64,000 nucleotides of DNA. It comes from the human T2T-CHM13v2.0 reference genome, Homo sapiens. Positions 27,681 to 40,520 of this stretch are shown piece after piece. Under the pieces are notes generated by a model. That model was not told where the DNA came from and did not search any database. It saw nothing but the letters and a program-made list of their open reading frames with translations. Each line of letters begins with the position of its first letter. Position 1 is the first letter of the stretch. The DNA lies in NCBI RefSeq assembly GCF_009914755.1, contig NC_060930.1. One strand, 5' to 3'. The translations under genes and the position numbers were made by a program.

Positions 27681-28077
27681 TGTATTAATCAGCTAGGGCT
27701 GCTGTAACAAGTAGCACAGTCATGTGGTTTGAGCAGCAGGAATGCCTCCTATCACTGTTCTGAGGGCTGGAAGTCCAGGCCCGAGGTGCTGGCAGGGCTG
27801 GCCTGGTGAGGGCTCTCTCTCTGACTGGCCTCCATGTGGTCTTCTCTCCGTGGTCTTCCCTCTGTGGTGTTCCCTCTGTGTTCTTCCCTCCGTGGTCTTC
27901 CCTCAGTTTGCTCCTTAGATGTCTCCATCTTCCTGCATGGACATCAATTATACTGGATCAGGGCCCCACTCTTATGATGACCTCATTTATCCTTAATAAA
28001 CTTCTTAAAGGCTTTATCTCCAAATACAGTCACATTCAGAGTTAAGCCTTCATCCATGAATTTTGAATCCATAACAA
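27681..28077 (-). mobile_element. MLT1-type MaLR LTR
   Basis: tgtattaatcagctagggctgctgtaacaa..ctgttctgagggctggaagtcc..tatctccaaatacagtcacattc..ccataaca. Confidence 0.78.
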
Positions 28078-28869
28078 GCAGGATAGAATTATTTCTGTCA
28101 GTGTGGCTTGGATTTGAATTGCTTGCATTGAAAACAAAGCGTATCAATAAAAGGCTCAGCATGGAGCTGAAACTGTCCCTGCTCTGTCCTCAGGTCTATT
28201 GACGGCACCACCAACGCCATCACCCTTCTTTCTGCAATCATCTAAGGTCCCAGCTGTCTTCCCAGTGAAAAACGGCTTTACAATAGGAATGCTTGTGATG
28301 TCTAGTAAAGAAAAGGGATACTAGTGAAAGAGGTTTGGGGGATTCTCACCTGACCTCGATACAAGTTTCCGTTTTGAACTGGAGTGAAATTTCTCCCAGT
28401 GTGTCAAATACTGGCTGAAGACAAAGTGAGAATTTCCCCCAAATTTATCTTTTGTTTTCATGGCCACAGATATTTTATATAAAATAGTTATTTTCAATTG
28501 GTGATTCTTTTTTTACTATTTTTATGGGGACCATCCAAGCATAGTTGAAGTGAACTAAGAAAAAATCCACGTCTTTTACGAAGCTATGGCAATGCGTCTA
28601 CCACCTTGGCCGGCAGGGAGGTTTCTCTTGAAAGAAACCTCTATCCTATTATTTATCCTAGAATAAATAATTCTATCTTATTCTTTGCACCCCCTCTGCA
28701 TGCCTGTGTGTGTTTATACACCACTGCACAAGTCCTCATACAGTACATGATTCTAGGACACTGTCTAATCATGTATACTACATATGAAATACAACAGTTC
28801 AGACTTTATGACAAATCCTTGCAATAGGTTGTCTTTAACTTGTATGTATGTGGATTTAATGTATTTTAA

Positions 28870-29262
<393 letters not shown>

Positions 29263-30200
29263 TATTGTAGCACTTCTAATGCAGAGTTAGACTTTGCAAA
29301 GTGTAGAGTGGGTGGCACATGACGGAATCATACTTGAAACACACAGCAGTATTTGGCAAACTGTTTGGAAGACACTATAAAAAAAGACAGAATGATACAC
29401 GGAAAATAGGAGACAGGCCCGCTATCCTTATTTATGATTAAATCCTGACCACAAAGCATTCTCTCTAACCTCGCATTTTTATAGCTCATAACTCTTTGAA
29501 GTTAACTTGGGAAATAAATTTTCCAAGATTAGTCTCAACTAAAAGGCATTTTTTCTCTTTTGTTTGGAAACTTGGAAATAAGTTTGTTTTTCTGTTTTGG
29601 TATGAGTTTGTATCAGAAAAAAGGATACTTTAATTGTATAAGTCAATATTTAAAACAAAAAATGAGAAAATTTTCTTAAAAATACTTCTTTGGGAAGAGA
29701 GATTTTATTGGCTCAATAATTTTTTTAAATGTTAAGCATTTTCAATCATTATGTTTTCTCATGAATGCTAAAATGCTTTATCTAAAGCCATTAGTTCAAA
29801 TTTTTGAAATAGCAATATGTTACAACCAAAATGTATCAGAAGTTAAATTATGGGTATATACAAAATTTTAGGTTGAAGCAGATGTTTGTTGATAAATTAC
29901 TTAAGATATTTCTCTTTGTTTAATGCTTTACCTTTGTGTTTAAAATACTGCCTTTTATTTGTGCGTGTGTGTGTGTGTGTCTTTCTATAATTTGTAAAGC
30001 CACGTTGAATATCTAGTATATGCTCAATAAAATATTGAACACCTCTGAGTTTCCAATGGTATCTTGTAACATTTTTAGTCGTTTTCAGAGGTGGCAAAGC
30101 AAATATTTGGAGTCTTGAGCAAATAAAAGGAGAGGGAGAAACCAGAAGCATTTCCGAGACTAGAGGACTTGATTCGGTCCAGAAACGTTATCTGAAGCTC

Positions 30201-30722
30201 GATGAGGAGCCACAGGCGAAGACCAGATGGTGTGTGTCGGTGTCTCACATTAGAATTTAGTGCGTCTTCTCTTCAGATGAGCAACTACAGGCGAAGACTG
30301 GATGGTGTGAGTCGGTGTCTCATATTAGAATTTAGTGCGTCTTCGCTTCAGATGAGCAACTACAGGCAAAGACCGGATGGTGTGAGTCGGTGTCTCATAT
30401 TAGAATTTAGTGCATCTTCTCTTCAGATGAGCAGACACAGGCGAAGACCGGATGGTGTGAGTCGGTGTCTCATATTAGAATTTAGTGCATCTTCTCTTCA
30501 GATGAGCAGCCACAGGCGAAGACTGGATGGTGTGAGTCGGTGTCTCATATTAGAATTTAGTGCATCTTCTCTTCAGATGAGCAGCTACAGGCGAAGACCG
30601 GATGGTGTGAGTCGGTGTCTCATATTAGAATTTAGTGCATCTTCTCTTCAGATGAGCAACTACAGGCGAAGACCGGATGGTGTGAGTCGGTGTCTCATAT
30701 TAGCATTTAGCGCGTCTTCTCA
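30201..30722. repeat. VNTR, 75-bp unit, 7 copies
   Basis: gatgagcaactacaggcgaagaccggatggtgtgagtcggtgtctcatattagaatttagtgcatcttctcttca. Period checked at 30201 and 30276; gives the 25-aa periodic ORF. Confidence 0.96.
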
Positions 30723-30754
30723 TGTCTTCTCCTCAGGGGTGGAACAGTATTTTC

Positions 30755-32545
30755 TTTTTCACAGACTTTATTTTTAGAGCAGTTTTACTTTTAGAGAAAA
30801 AAATTATGGAGAAAGCGCAGAGTTTCCAGGTACCTCCAGAGCACCCACACCTCCACCACTTTTCCTGGAATGAACATCATGCATTAGTGTGGTGCATTTG
30901 TTATAATTGCTGAACAAATATTGATACATTATTATTAACCAGCTTCCAGAGTTTACATTAAGGTTCACTCCTGATGTTGGACATTCTATGAGTCATGACA
31001 AATGTATAATGACAGGTACCCCCCATCATAGTGTCATACAGAGTTGATTGACTGCCCTGAAAACCTAGAGTGACGTGTACCCACCATCATGGTATCATAT
31101 AGAGTTGTTTCACTGCCCTGAAAACCCTCTGAGCTCCACCTACCCATCCCTCCTTCCCCCTCACCCTTGGAAACCACTGATCTTTTTACTATCTCCATAG
31201 TGTTGCCTCTTCCAGAATGTCAGAGAGTCTGACTCATATAGTATGCATCCCTTAAAGACTGGCTTCCTTTGCTTACTAGTATTCGTTTAAGGTTCCTCTG
31301 TTACTAATATTCGTTTAAGGTTCCCCCGTGTCTTTTCGTGGCTTGATCACTCATATCTTCTTAGTGCTGAATTGTATTCCATTGTTTGGATGCACCATAG
31401 TTCATCTGTTTACCACTGGAAAGGCATCTTAGTTGCTCCCAATTTTTGACAATTATGAATAAAGCTGCTAGAAACACTCATATGTAGGTTTTTGTGGACA
31501 TCAGGGTTCAGCACATTTGGCTAAATAACTAAGAACACGATTGGTGGATGGTACAGTAAAACTCTGTGTGTCTTCATAAGAAACTGCCAAGCTGTCTTCT
31601 GTGGTGGCCACGCCATTCTGCAGTCTCAGCCTGCTTTGTAGCCTCCCCAGCAGCTGGTGTTGTCAATGTTTTTGATTTTAGGAATTCTAATAGGTTTGCA
31701 TTGGTGTCTCATTATTGTTTTAATTGCAATCACCTAATGACATAGGGTATTGAATGACTTTCATATGCCTATTTGGTATCTGTATATCTTCTTTGATAGG
31801 GTGTCGGTTCAGATATTATGCCTGATTTTTAATTAATTGGGGTTTTTTTAATTGTTGAATTTTAAGTGTTCTTTGTAGATATATTTTGGACATAAGTTTT
31901 TTGTTCATTTGTTTGTTTTTTTGAGACAGGGTCTCACTCTGTCACCCAGGCTGGAGTGCAATAGTGCAATCATGGTTCACTGCAACCTCCACTTCCTGGA
32001 CTCAAGCCATCATCCTGCCTCAGCCTCCTGAGTAGCTAGGACCACAGGCGCACACCACCACGCCTGGTTAGTTTTTATTTTTATTTTTGTAGAGACAGGG
32101 TTTGGCCATGTTGCCCAGGGTGGTCCCCAACTCCTTAGCTCAAGCTATCTGCCTGTCTCGGCCTTCCAGAGTGCTGGGATTACAGGTACGAGCCACCATG
32201 CCTGACCTGGACCTAAGTAATTTTTCAGATGTGTGTTCTGTAAATATTTTCTCCCTGTCTGCAGCTTGTCTTCTCATTCTCCTAATGGTGTATTTGCAGA
32301 GCGGAAGTTTTCCACTTTGAGGAAGTCCCGTTTATCAATGATTTCTTTCATACATTGTGCCTTTGAGGTTGTCTTTAAAGAGTCATCACCGAATCCAAGG
32401 TCACCTAGATTTTCTCCTGCGTTACCTTCTAGGAGTTGTACAGTTCTGTGTTTTACACGTAGCTCTGTGGTATATTGGAGTTAATTTATTAAAGGCGTAA
32501 GGTCCGTGTCTAGACGGCATTCTCTTTGTGTGCGGATGTCCCGTC
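30755..32545 (-). mobile_element. Old L1M (MB/MC-type) 3' region, antisense, interrupted by an Alu
   Basis: Typical antisense L1M text such as aaccactgatctttttactatctccatag, tattccattgtttggatg, attatgaataaagctgct and agaaactgccaa. Confidence 0.82.
31897..32207 (-). mobile_element. Alu (J-type)
   Basis: gagacagggtctcactctgtcacccaggctggagtgca...gagccaccatgcctgacc. TSD-like tggac(a/c)taagt on both sides. Confidence 0.93.
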
Positions 32546-34245
32546 GTCCTGGCATCACGTCACCTTGCTTCGCTACTTTGGGAACCATCAGCTGCCTCTG
32601 TGGGGGTCGGGGGAGGGCTCAGCTCTGGAACTGGGTTAAGGCTGAAAAATATTCAGAAATTGGCCATGGGCTGAGCAGCCGAATGGGAATAGAACTAAAG
32701 GTGACTAGAAAAAACGTCAAAGAAGTCAGGAAATGAGAGGTGCAATGCACAGAAGACAGTGAGAAGATGTGACTTCTCTGTGGGGGTCTCTTCAGGAGCA
32801 ACCAGAGGAGCCTTGCCAGAATCGTCAGGCTGAGGCCCACCGCGGGGGCCGACTGTGGGAGGAACGTCTTGCCCACCCTAGAAGACTAGGAAAGAATGCT
32901 GGAAATAAAAGCACCCAACGGCCCAGGGCGCACTCCTGCTAATTCTCCGTGCTCAGCTAGGAGGGAGCCAGGTTTTCACAGGGCCCTGTGTTGTGTGTGG
33001 GATATATTTCACCTCTTTTGAAAAGTGTTGTCCATCTTTGAAAGCAAATCGGAGGCACTGAAGAAAATTCTGGGAAAGTTGGAAGCATCTACAATGGGCC
33101 TTGTTTCCAACAAGATATGTAGGAAATTTTTCACCCTTAGGAGAGGGACGCTAAATACTTTTGCAAAGAATTTAAAGAGAAAACTTGAGGAAAGGGAAGA
33201 ATTGAAGATAACGTAACTTTAATGACTAAGAAGCGTATTTTAAGCATTCTGTGATGGATGGAAAAGGTAGATGTCTAATTATTTTCAGGTACATCTCTAA
33301 TCCTTTCCTGCACTGATTTCTGTGTTATTTATTTGTCTGGGGGGCAGTGTATTTTTTAAACGTCTTGTTTTCTTTTCTCTCCTCATCCCTTCATCTTTTC
33401 CAAGAGCACATAACTCATAGTGAAGTTTTTAACAACCAATGGAGCGTAGCTGTCTGAGCAGTGCAGGATTATCTGAAGGAGGGGAGTTCAGGGTTTCCAC
33501 GACCCTCTTTGCAGTGACAGTGGCGCATGGCCTGACCTTCGTAACAATGCATTTTTGTTGTTAACCCCCGAGCATGGACCGCTGTGTGTATTACCTGAGA
33601 ATTGGTTCTGCTGAGGTGCAAGATTGACTATGTTCAGAATGGCAGTTGAATACATCTTTTTGTTTAGTAAAAAAGGTTTATTGTAGGAGATATTAACAAG
33701 CAAGGAAAATAAAGTAAAATATCTTGTGAATTCATAATCTGGTGATGACTGCCTGTGGAAACACCGGTGGGTGTGTGAATACTGTATTCTGTTACGCAGT
33801 GCTGCACCTGTGCCGCCATGCCTGTGCCGTCGGCAAATGTTACTCCACCATGTGCTCCATACATAACCATCTCAGGTTATTGGAAAAATGCAGCCTCCGA
33901 GCCAGACGTGCCGATGGGACACAGGGATCCTGAACGTGTCTCAGCAATCCGGGTGATTCTTCGGTGTGGTCGCGTTTGTGAGGCGCTTTTCCACGGCGTG
34001 GTGTGTATGGTTCTGTTTAGACGGTTGCATGATGGAACATAGTTGACCAAACCGAGTTCTGAGGAATAGATTCGTATACTGTGTGTAGTATTTTGGTAGG
34101 GACACTTCCATGAGGAATACTTCTCTATGGATACAATTTTCTGTGCTTCTGTGATTGTGTCCAGGATGGATTTCCTGGGGACTCATGGAGGTGCCCTGCC
34201 GAGGGAGACTGATGTTTCCGACGTTGAGTCCTCATTTGTTTGTTC

Positions 34246-35860
34246 ACTGAACGCAATGTTCACTTTCTCCCCGCATCCCCGGGTGCGGGGACCAGGGCTG
34301 CGTGCTCCCTGAACGCGATGTTCACTTCCTCCCCGCATCCCCGGGTGCCGGGACCAGGGCTGCGTGCTCCCTGAACGCGATGTTCATTTCCTCCCCGCAT
34401 CCCCGGGTGCCGGGACCAGGGCTGCGTGCTCCCTGAACGCGATGTTCATTTCCTCCCCGCATCCCCGGGTGCCGGGACCAGGGCTGTGTGCTCCCTGAAC
34501 GCGATGTTCATTTCCTCCCCGCATCCCCGGGTGCCGGGACCAGGGCTGCGTGCTCCCTGAACGCGATGTTCATTTCCTCCCCGCATCTCCGGGTGCCGGG
34601 ACCAGGGCTGCGTGGTCCCTGAACGCGATGTTCACTTCCTCCCCGCATCCCCGGGTGCCGGGACCAGGGCTGCGTGCTCCCTGAACGCAATGTTCACTTT
34701 CTCCCCGCATCCCTGGGTGCCGGGACCAGGGCTGTGTGCTCCCTGAACGCGATGTTCATTTCCTCCCCGCATCCCCGGGTGCCGGGACCAGGGCTGCGTG
34801 CTCCCTGAACGCGATGTTCATTTCCTCCCCGCATCCCCGGGTGCTGGGACCAGGGCTGCGTGCTCCCTGAACGCGATGTTCACTTCCTCCCCGCATCCCC
34901 GGGTGCCGGGACCAGGGCTGCGTGCTCCCTGAACGCGATGTTCATTTCCTCCCCGCATCCCCGGGTGCTGGGACCAGGGCTGCGTGCTCCCTGAACGCGA
35001 TGTTCACTTCCTCCCCGCATCCCCGGGTGCCGGGACCAGGGCTGTGTGCTCCCTGAACGCGATGTTCATTTCCTCCCCGCATCCCCGGGTGCTGGGACCA
35101 GGGCTGCGTGCTCCCTGAACGCGATGTTCATTTCCTGCCCGCATCCCCGGGTGCTGGGACCAGGGCTGCGTGCTCCCTGAACGCGATGTTCATTTCCTGC
35201 CCGCATCCCCGGGTGCTGGGACCAGGGCTGCGTGCTCCCTGAACGCGATGTTCATTTCCTGCCCGCATCTCCGGGTGCTGGGACCAGGGCTGCGTGGTCC
35301 CTGAACGCGATGTTCACTTCCTCCCCGCATCCCCTGGTGCCGGGACCAGGGCTGCGTGCTCCTTGGACGCGATGCTCATTTCCTCCCCACATCCCCGGGT
35401 GCTGGGACCAGGGCTGCGTGGTCCCTGAACGCGATGTTCATTTCCTCCCCGCATCCCCGGGTGCGGGGACCAGGGCTGCGTGCTCCTTGGACGCGATGCT
35501 CATTTCCTTCCCACATCCCCGGGTGCTGGGACCAGGGCTGCGTGGTCCCTGAATGCGATGTTCACTTCCTCCCCGCATCCCCGGGTGCCGGGACCAGGGC
35601 TGCGTGCTCCTTGGACGCGATGCTCATTTCCTTCCCACATCCCCGGGTGCTGGGACCAGGGCTGCGTGGTCCCTGAATGCGATGTTCACTTCCTCCCCGC
35701 ATCCCCGGGTGCCGGGACCAGGGCTGCGTGCTCCTTGGACGCGATGCTCATTTCCTTCCCACATCCCCGGGTGCTGGGACCAGGGCTGCGTGGTCCCTGA
35801 ACGCGATGTTCATTTCCTGCCCGCATCTCCGGGTGCTGGGACCAGGGCTGCGTGCTCCCT
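34246..35860. repeat. CpG-rich VNTR, 62-bp unit, about 26 copies
   Basis: ccctgaacgcgatgttcatttcctccccgcatccccgggtgccgggaccagggctgcgtgct. Period checked at 34741 and 34803. Confidence 0.97.
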
Positions 35861-38654
35861 GGGGACTTGGCTGAAAGGCAGCTCTGCTCGGGCTCCCAGG
35901 CGAGCCTGCTGCTGGTGCTGCTGGTCCCTCTGTGTCTGTGTGTCCAGCCTGGGAGGAGGCGCAGAGGCTGGAGTAGCCTCTGCCCACACACGTGCAGGCA
36001 GCGAGCGCCTGCGACAGGGCAGAGAGCAGCATGCATGGGGCAGGCAATCTTCCTGGGAACTCCGTGGCCCCTGCGTGCCCTGGTATCCGCTTCACACCAC
36101 AGCCTCAGGACCCTGTCTCCCCAGCAGGACCCCGCCTCCCCACCCTGCAGGCTCATCTCACCAGCCTCATTCTCAGGCAGGTGCCCCCGACGTGGGGGCC
36201 CACAGGTTTCATTGTCCATCCCACTAACGATCCAGTGGAGGCTTTTTGTTTTTGTTTTAAAATAGAAGTCCCAGATCTTATCTCCAGTGACTGTCTTGGG
36301 TCACACGTCCACCCCTGAACCAGTCGCTGTGGCCAGTGGGGTAGGATGTGCTCTCTGGCCATAAGGGGCACGTGCCCTTCTCTGGAGGGGGAGGGATGGG
36401 TGGACCCGGGCCTTGCGCCCACCACAGGGGCTGACTGGGAAGAATGTCTTGCCCACCCTAGAAGACGAGGAAAAGAGGCTGGAAACAAGCGCACTCAATA
36501 TTTCCTGCAGCTGTCTTTTCCCTGCACATGTGATCTCTGTGGATAGAGACCCTCCTTCAGGGACTGAGCAGTGCATGGGCACCTGTCATCCAGCACCAGG
36601 AAGATGGGAGTGGTGTGGCAGCGCTGGGAGGGGGGCCAGGCCCTGAGCATGCTCATGGGCAGGGCGGGTAGGTCGAAGGCTGCTCCAGGACCCTGCAGGC
36701 CGGGCCTCCATAGGGCAGGTCAGCAGCCATCCTGGAACAGGGCTGAGGCAGCAGGCCGGGAGGAAGCCCCCGTCCTTAGGAACGAGCTTGGAGAACACGG
36801 CGCAGATCCTGTGGGCAGCACAGAGGAGAGGTCGCCTGAAGCCCTGGAAATCCCTGGGAGAGTGAACCTTCCCGCCGGGCCTTGGGGAGTTGGAGAATAT
36901 TCTGAAACAAGTCACATCACAGAGGTAAAGGGTGCAAGAGCAGCTCTGGAGAAAGGTGAGGAGGGAGGTTTGCCTGGAACGTCTGCAGATGTGTTTAGAG
37001 CTCGGATTTCTCCTGAAGGGCCTGAGCAATTCTGCCTGAGTCAGGGGGGATTCCTGTGCCGTGTGTGTAGGGGGTCCGGTGGGTGACAGCACAGGATGAG
37101 GTGCAGACCCATCCCGAACTGCCGGACTCGGCGCTCTGTCCTTCCCGACCTCCCTGAAGACCGGCACATTCCATGCTGGTCTCACTTCAGACAGCCAGGA
37201 GGGCCCTCCTTTCTCCAAGTCAAAACAAAAGCACCACTTAGGCACAGAGGGTGACATGGGGGCCGGCCACCGCCCTTTGCATGAACCAGAACAAAATGTT
37301 GCCTTATTAGGTGACTTCGTGCCGGGGTGCGGGGGCTGCTTCCTGTGGTGCTGCTGATCTGCAAAAGCTAAACATTTAGACTCTGCTCCACTCGAACACT
37401 CCTGCCAAGAAGTCTCTTTAGGTATTCTGTCTTTGTCAGGAAGGCCTGCCAGCTTAGCAGCACCCTTGGTCTGGGAGGCGGGAGGAAGTGTGTCTGTGGG
37501 GAAAGGTTTGTGCGAAGCGCTGGGCGGGCGTGGACTGGGCCTGCCTTTAGGAGCCACACCCCTCCCAGTGTTAATTCTCACAGGGAAGAGCTCAGCACCG
37601 AGTGGCTCGCTTTTGCTGCTGAACATTTCAGGCTGTTCTTCTGTGGCTTAAAATGACAGTAGGTTATAAAGTGAGCACTCAACATGCATTTCGGATGTTT
37701 CCTGCAGAATATTTTTTCCCTCCTTAGATTCCCCCCGACTTCTTTCTAAGCCCTATAAGGATAAATCTCTTACTCTCCTAGCATATCTAGTAAAATATTG
37801 TTGGGAAGATAAATGCATAGATAGCGCTTTACTGTAGTGGGTGGGGAGCCCCTGTGAGCAGGGTGTGGGGACCCTGCAAACAGCCAGAATGAGGAGCGTG
37901 GACACAGCAGAACTTCCCTTCAGTTCCCCGATGCAGAAGACGGGGAGCTCCTCGCAGGGGGTGGGTATTTCTGTGAAGTTTGAAGGCGGAGCCATGCGAA
38001 GGGTCTGTCTTTACTGTGGGATGCAGAACACAGGCAGAGCCATTTGAACCAGCCAAAAACATCCAAAAAATAAATCATGCTAAATAGCACCCACACTGCT
38101 GCAGCTAACGGACTTGCGCCAGGCTCCCGGCCCCAGCTATACCCCTGGCTCTGTCTTATTCAGGGACATGACAGGACACCAGCCAATTCCAGTGGCTGCT
38201 CCAGACTGTCTCGGCTCTGCGGTGAAGATGACCGACTTCCTTGATCATCACTCAGTTCCTCTCTCAGGATCATCCTCCACCATTGTGACTTTACTGACTT
38301 GGGTGCCCTCCCAAGCACCCAGGTGAAGGCCAGTGCACCCCTGCCTGTCGGCCACATGCTGGCAGGAGGCAGCCCGCCATGAGACACAGAGGCAGGGTGG
38401 CTGGGGTTAGAGGCAGGACTTTGGAGCCTGGTGGCCTGGGTCTGAAACCTGGTTGTCCCCTCCCTACCCTAGCCTTGGTCAGGTTGTGGTTGCTCAGATT
38501 TAGTTGTGCCAAGCGGTGAAGACTGGGTGAGGCCATGCTGGGCAGGTGCACCAGTCAGCCCTGTGTAGGTTTCCTCAACTCTGCTCATTCAAACAGGTAA
38601 ATACATAACACACAACCCTTATTCTCAAATAGCTCAAGTTTATGGTCTAATTCA

Positions 38655-38975
38655 GCAGCTCCCACACTTTTTTGATATAAAAATTCTTTTGTGCTGTTAT
38701 AACTCATCAAGGACCCCAAAAAGCTCTTGTAATCATGGGCTGTATCTACTGACATCAGTGAACATGTTTGCACTAAGCACGTTGTGATCTGAGGCACGTC
38801 CAGTCGGGCAGCAGATGGCTGACATCGCAGATCACCTAGGCTCACACGCTTCCAGAGTGCAAGGCCAGAGAACACCTTAGCAGTCTATAAAAGTGGTTCC
38901 GACCCCACGGATCTCCTGTGAGGACCTTAGGGAGCCCTGGGGGTCCCTTCAGACCTCGCTCTGAGAATGGCTGGT
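38655..38975. mobile_element. Probable hAT-Charlie remnant
   Basis: aggaccccaaaagctcttgt..atgggctgtatcta and the terminal ggggtccc..cagacc...ctctgagaatggctg resemble Charlie-family motifs. Confidence 0.5.
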
Positions 38976-39496
38976 CTAACAGCAGGGACACCAAATGGAC
39001 GCATCACAGGCAAACCGGCGGGCCTCGCTCCATGGAACCCCCAACCACAAGGAGCTCTAAGTGCAGTGGGATCCTCAGGTGATCCGAGTCCTTGGGGTGG
39101 AAGGAATGAGGGAAGGTTTCCCTGAGGAAACAAGGCAGAAGCAAAGTAGAAGGAAGGTTTTCTGGCAGTGTCGTGATCGTGTTCAGGGATCACCCGTCAG
39201 AGACTCATCGTCGATGTGAACACACATCCCTAAATCTAGTTTACATGCTTAAATTGAGCACTTTGCTCCTCAGTCACAGACATCTACACGCAGGCATTTA
39301 GATTTTTCCCCTCAAGCACGCATGAGATTTCCTTTATACCTGGAGAAAGAAGGGCCCATCCTGGAGATTTTCCCAGAAGGAATCCCTGGAAGGTGAATTC
39401 CAGCCACTGAGTCTTGGGTGACACTTGCTGTTTTGAAATGGCCCCTTGCCTGTTGAAAACTATGCACGTTTCAAAAACATCTTAAAACCAAAGTTC

Positions 39497-39800
39497 CACC
39501 AGGATGACTTATTCCATCTAAACATGCTTTCTTCTCATCTCTGTAAGACTCTGCTGGACCAGGACGCCATCTAAACATGCTTTCCTCTCATCTCTGTAAG
39601 ACTCTGCTGGACCAGGATGCCTTATTCCATCTAAACACGCACTCTCTTCTTATCTCTGTAAGACTTTGCTGGACCAGGATGCTTGTTCCGTCTAAACGCG
39701 CTCTCTCTCGTCTCATCTCTGTAAGACTTTGCTGGACCAGGATGCCTTATTCCATCTAAACAAGTGCTCTCTCTCTTTTAGTCTCTGTAAGACTCTGCTG
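39497..39800. repeat. Degenerate tandem repeat, about 53-65-bp unit, about 5 copies
   Basis: tctctgtaagact(c/t)tgctggaccagga..ccatctaaac recurs. Confidence 0.88.
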
Positions 39801-40354
39801 GCACCTAAACTCTGAGATGTTTGGTTCTTTTTCCTTGACCCAGTTTCAGATGAGGGTTCTGGTTTCCATTGTGATGGTTATGTTGCATCCGGTGATCAGG
39901 CTGAAGGTACCTGGAAAATAGCGGAATCTCTCCACATGGCCTGTCTGCATGGGAAATGCTTTATACACATGTCCCAGCCTTGCTAAGATCGCCAGTGGCT
40001 GCTTCTGGGTGACACGCACCCTCATCCTGGACTGGCTCTATCTGGTCCCGCAGCATCTCCCAGCAGTGATTCATTCACTCCTGTTTCATCTGCATGAGGG
40101 TCACGCACTTTCGAATCTGGTTTAGAGACAGGACCCTGCAGTGCTGAGGGCAACACATCGACAGAGCCCTGTTGAGACCCTGGAGGTGACGAGACAGCAA
40201 CGCATGGGGCCTGGAGGTGGCCACTTGGATGTTCCCTGAGCTGAGTCCAGAACTGAGAGTTTGGCTTTGGAAGAGACCTGCCTTGATCACAACTGATCCC
40301 ACTGAATCCATCTTTTTCTAAGTTTGGGGCTCCTGAAGAAAATGGAAGTAGTTG

Positions 40355-40520
40355 CGTTTGACTCTGGAGTTTGAACCCTTGGATTGCATTCTGCTTCTAC
40401 CATAACTTGTTGCAAAACCTTGGGGAAGTCACCTCACTCTCCTACATCTGTGTCCGCAGGGTTAAAACCCAGGTACAATGACACCAGCTTCACAGGGTCC
40501 TGGGATTCTGTGAGAACAAT
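40355..40520 (+). mobile_element. MIR remnant
   Basis: ctctggagt...ttctgcttctacc..accttggggaagtcacct.actctc..cttcacaggg. Confidence 0.55.

Noticed and set aside
30202-30777. 191-aa ORF with a 25-aa repeat
   Set aside because: It is a translation of the 75-bp VNTR in a stop-free frame.
36586-37626. 346-aa minus-strand ORF
   Set aside because: GC-rich intronic sequence with no recognisable domain, and the protein composition is typical of random GC-rich frames.
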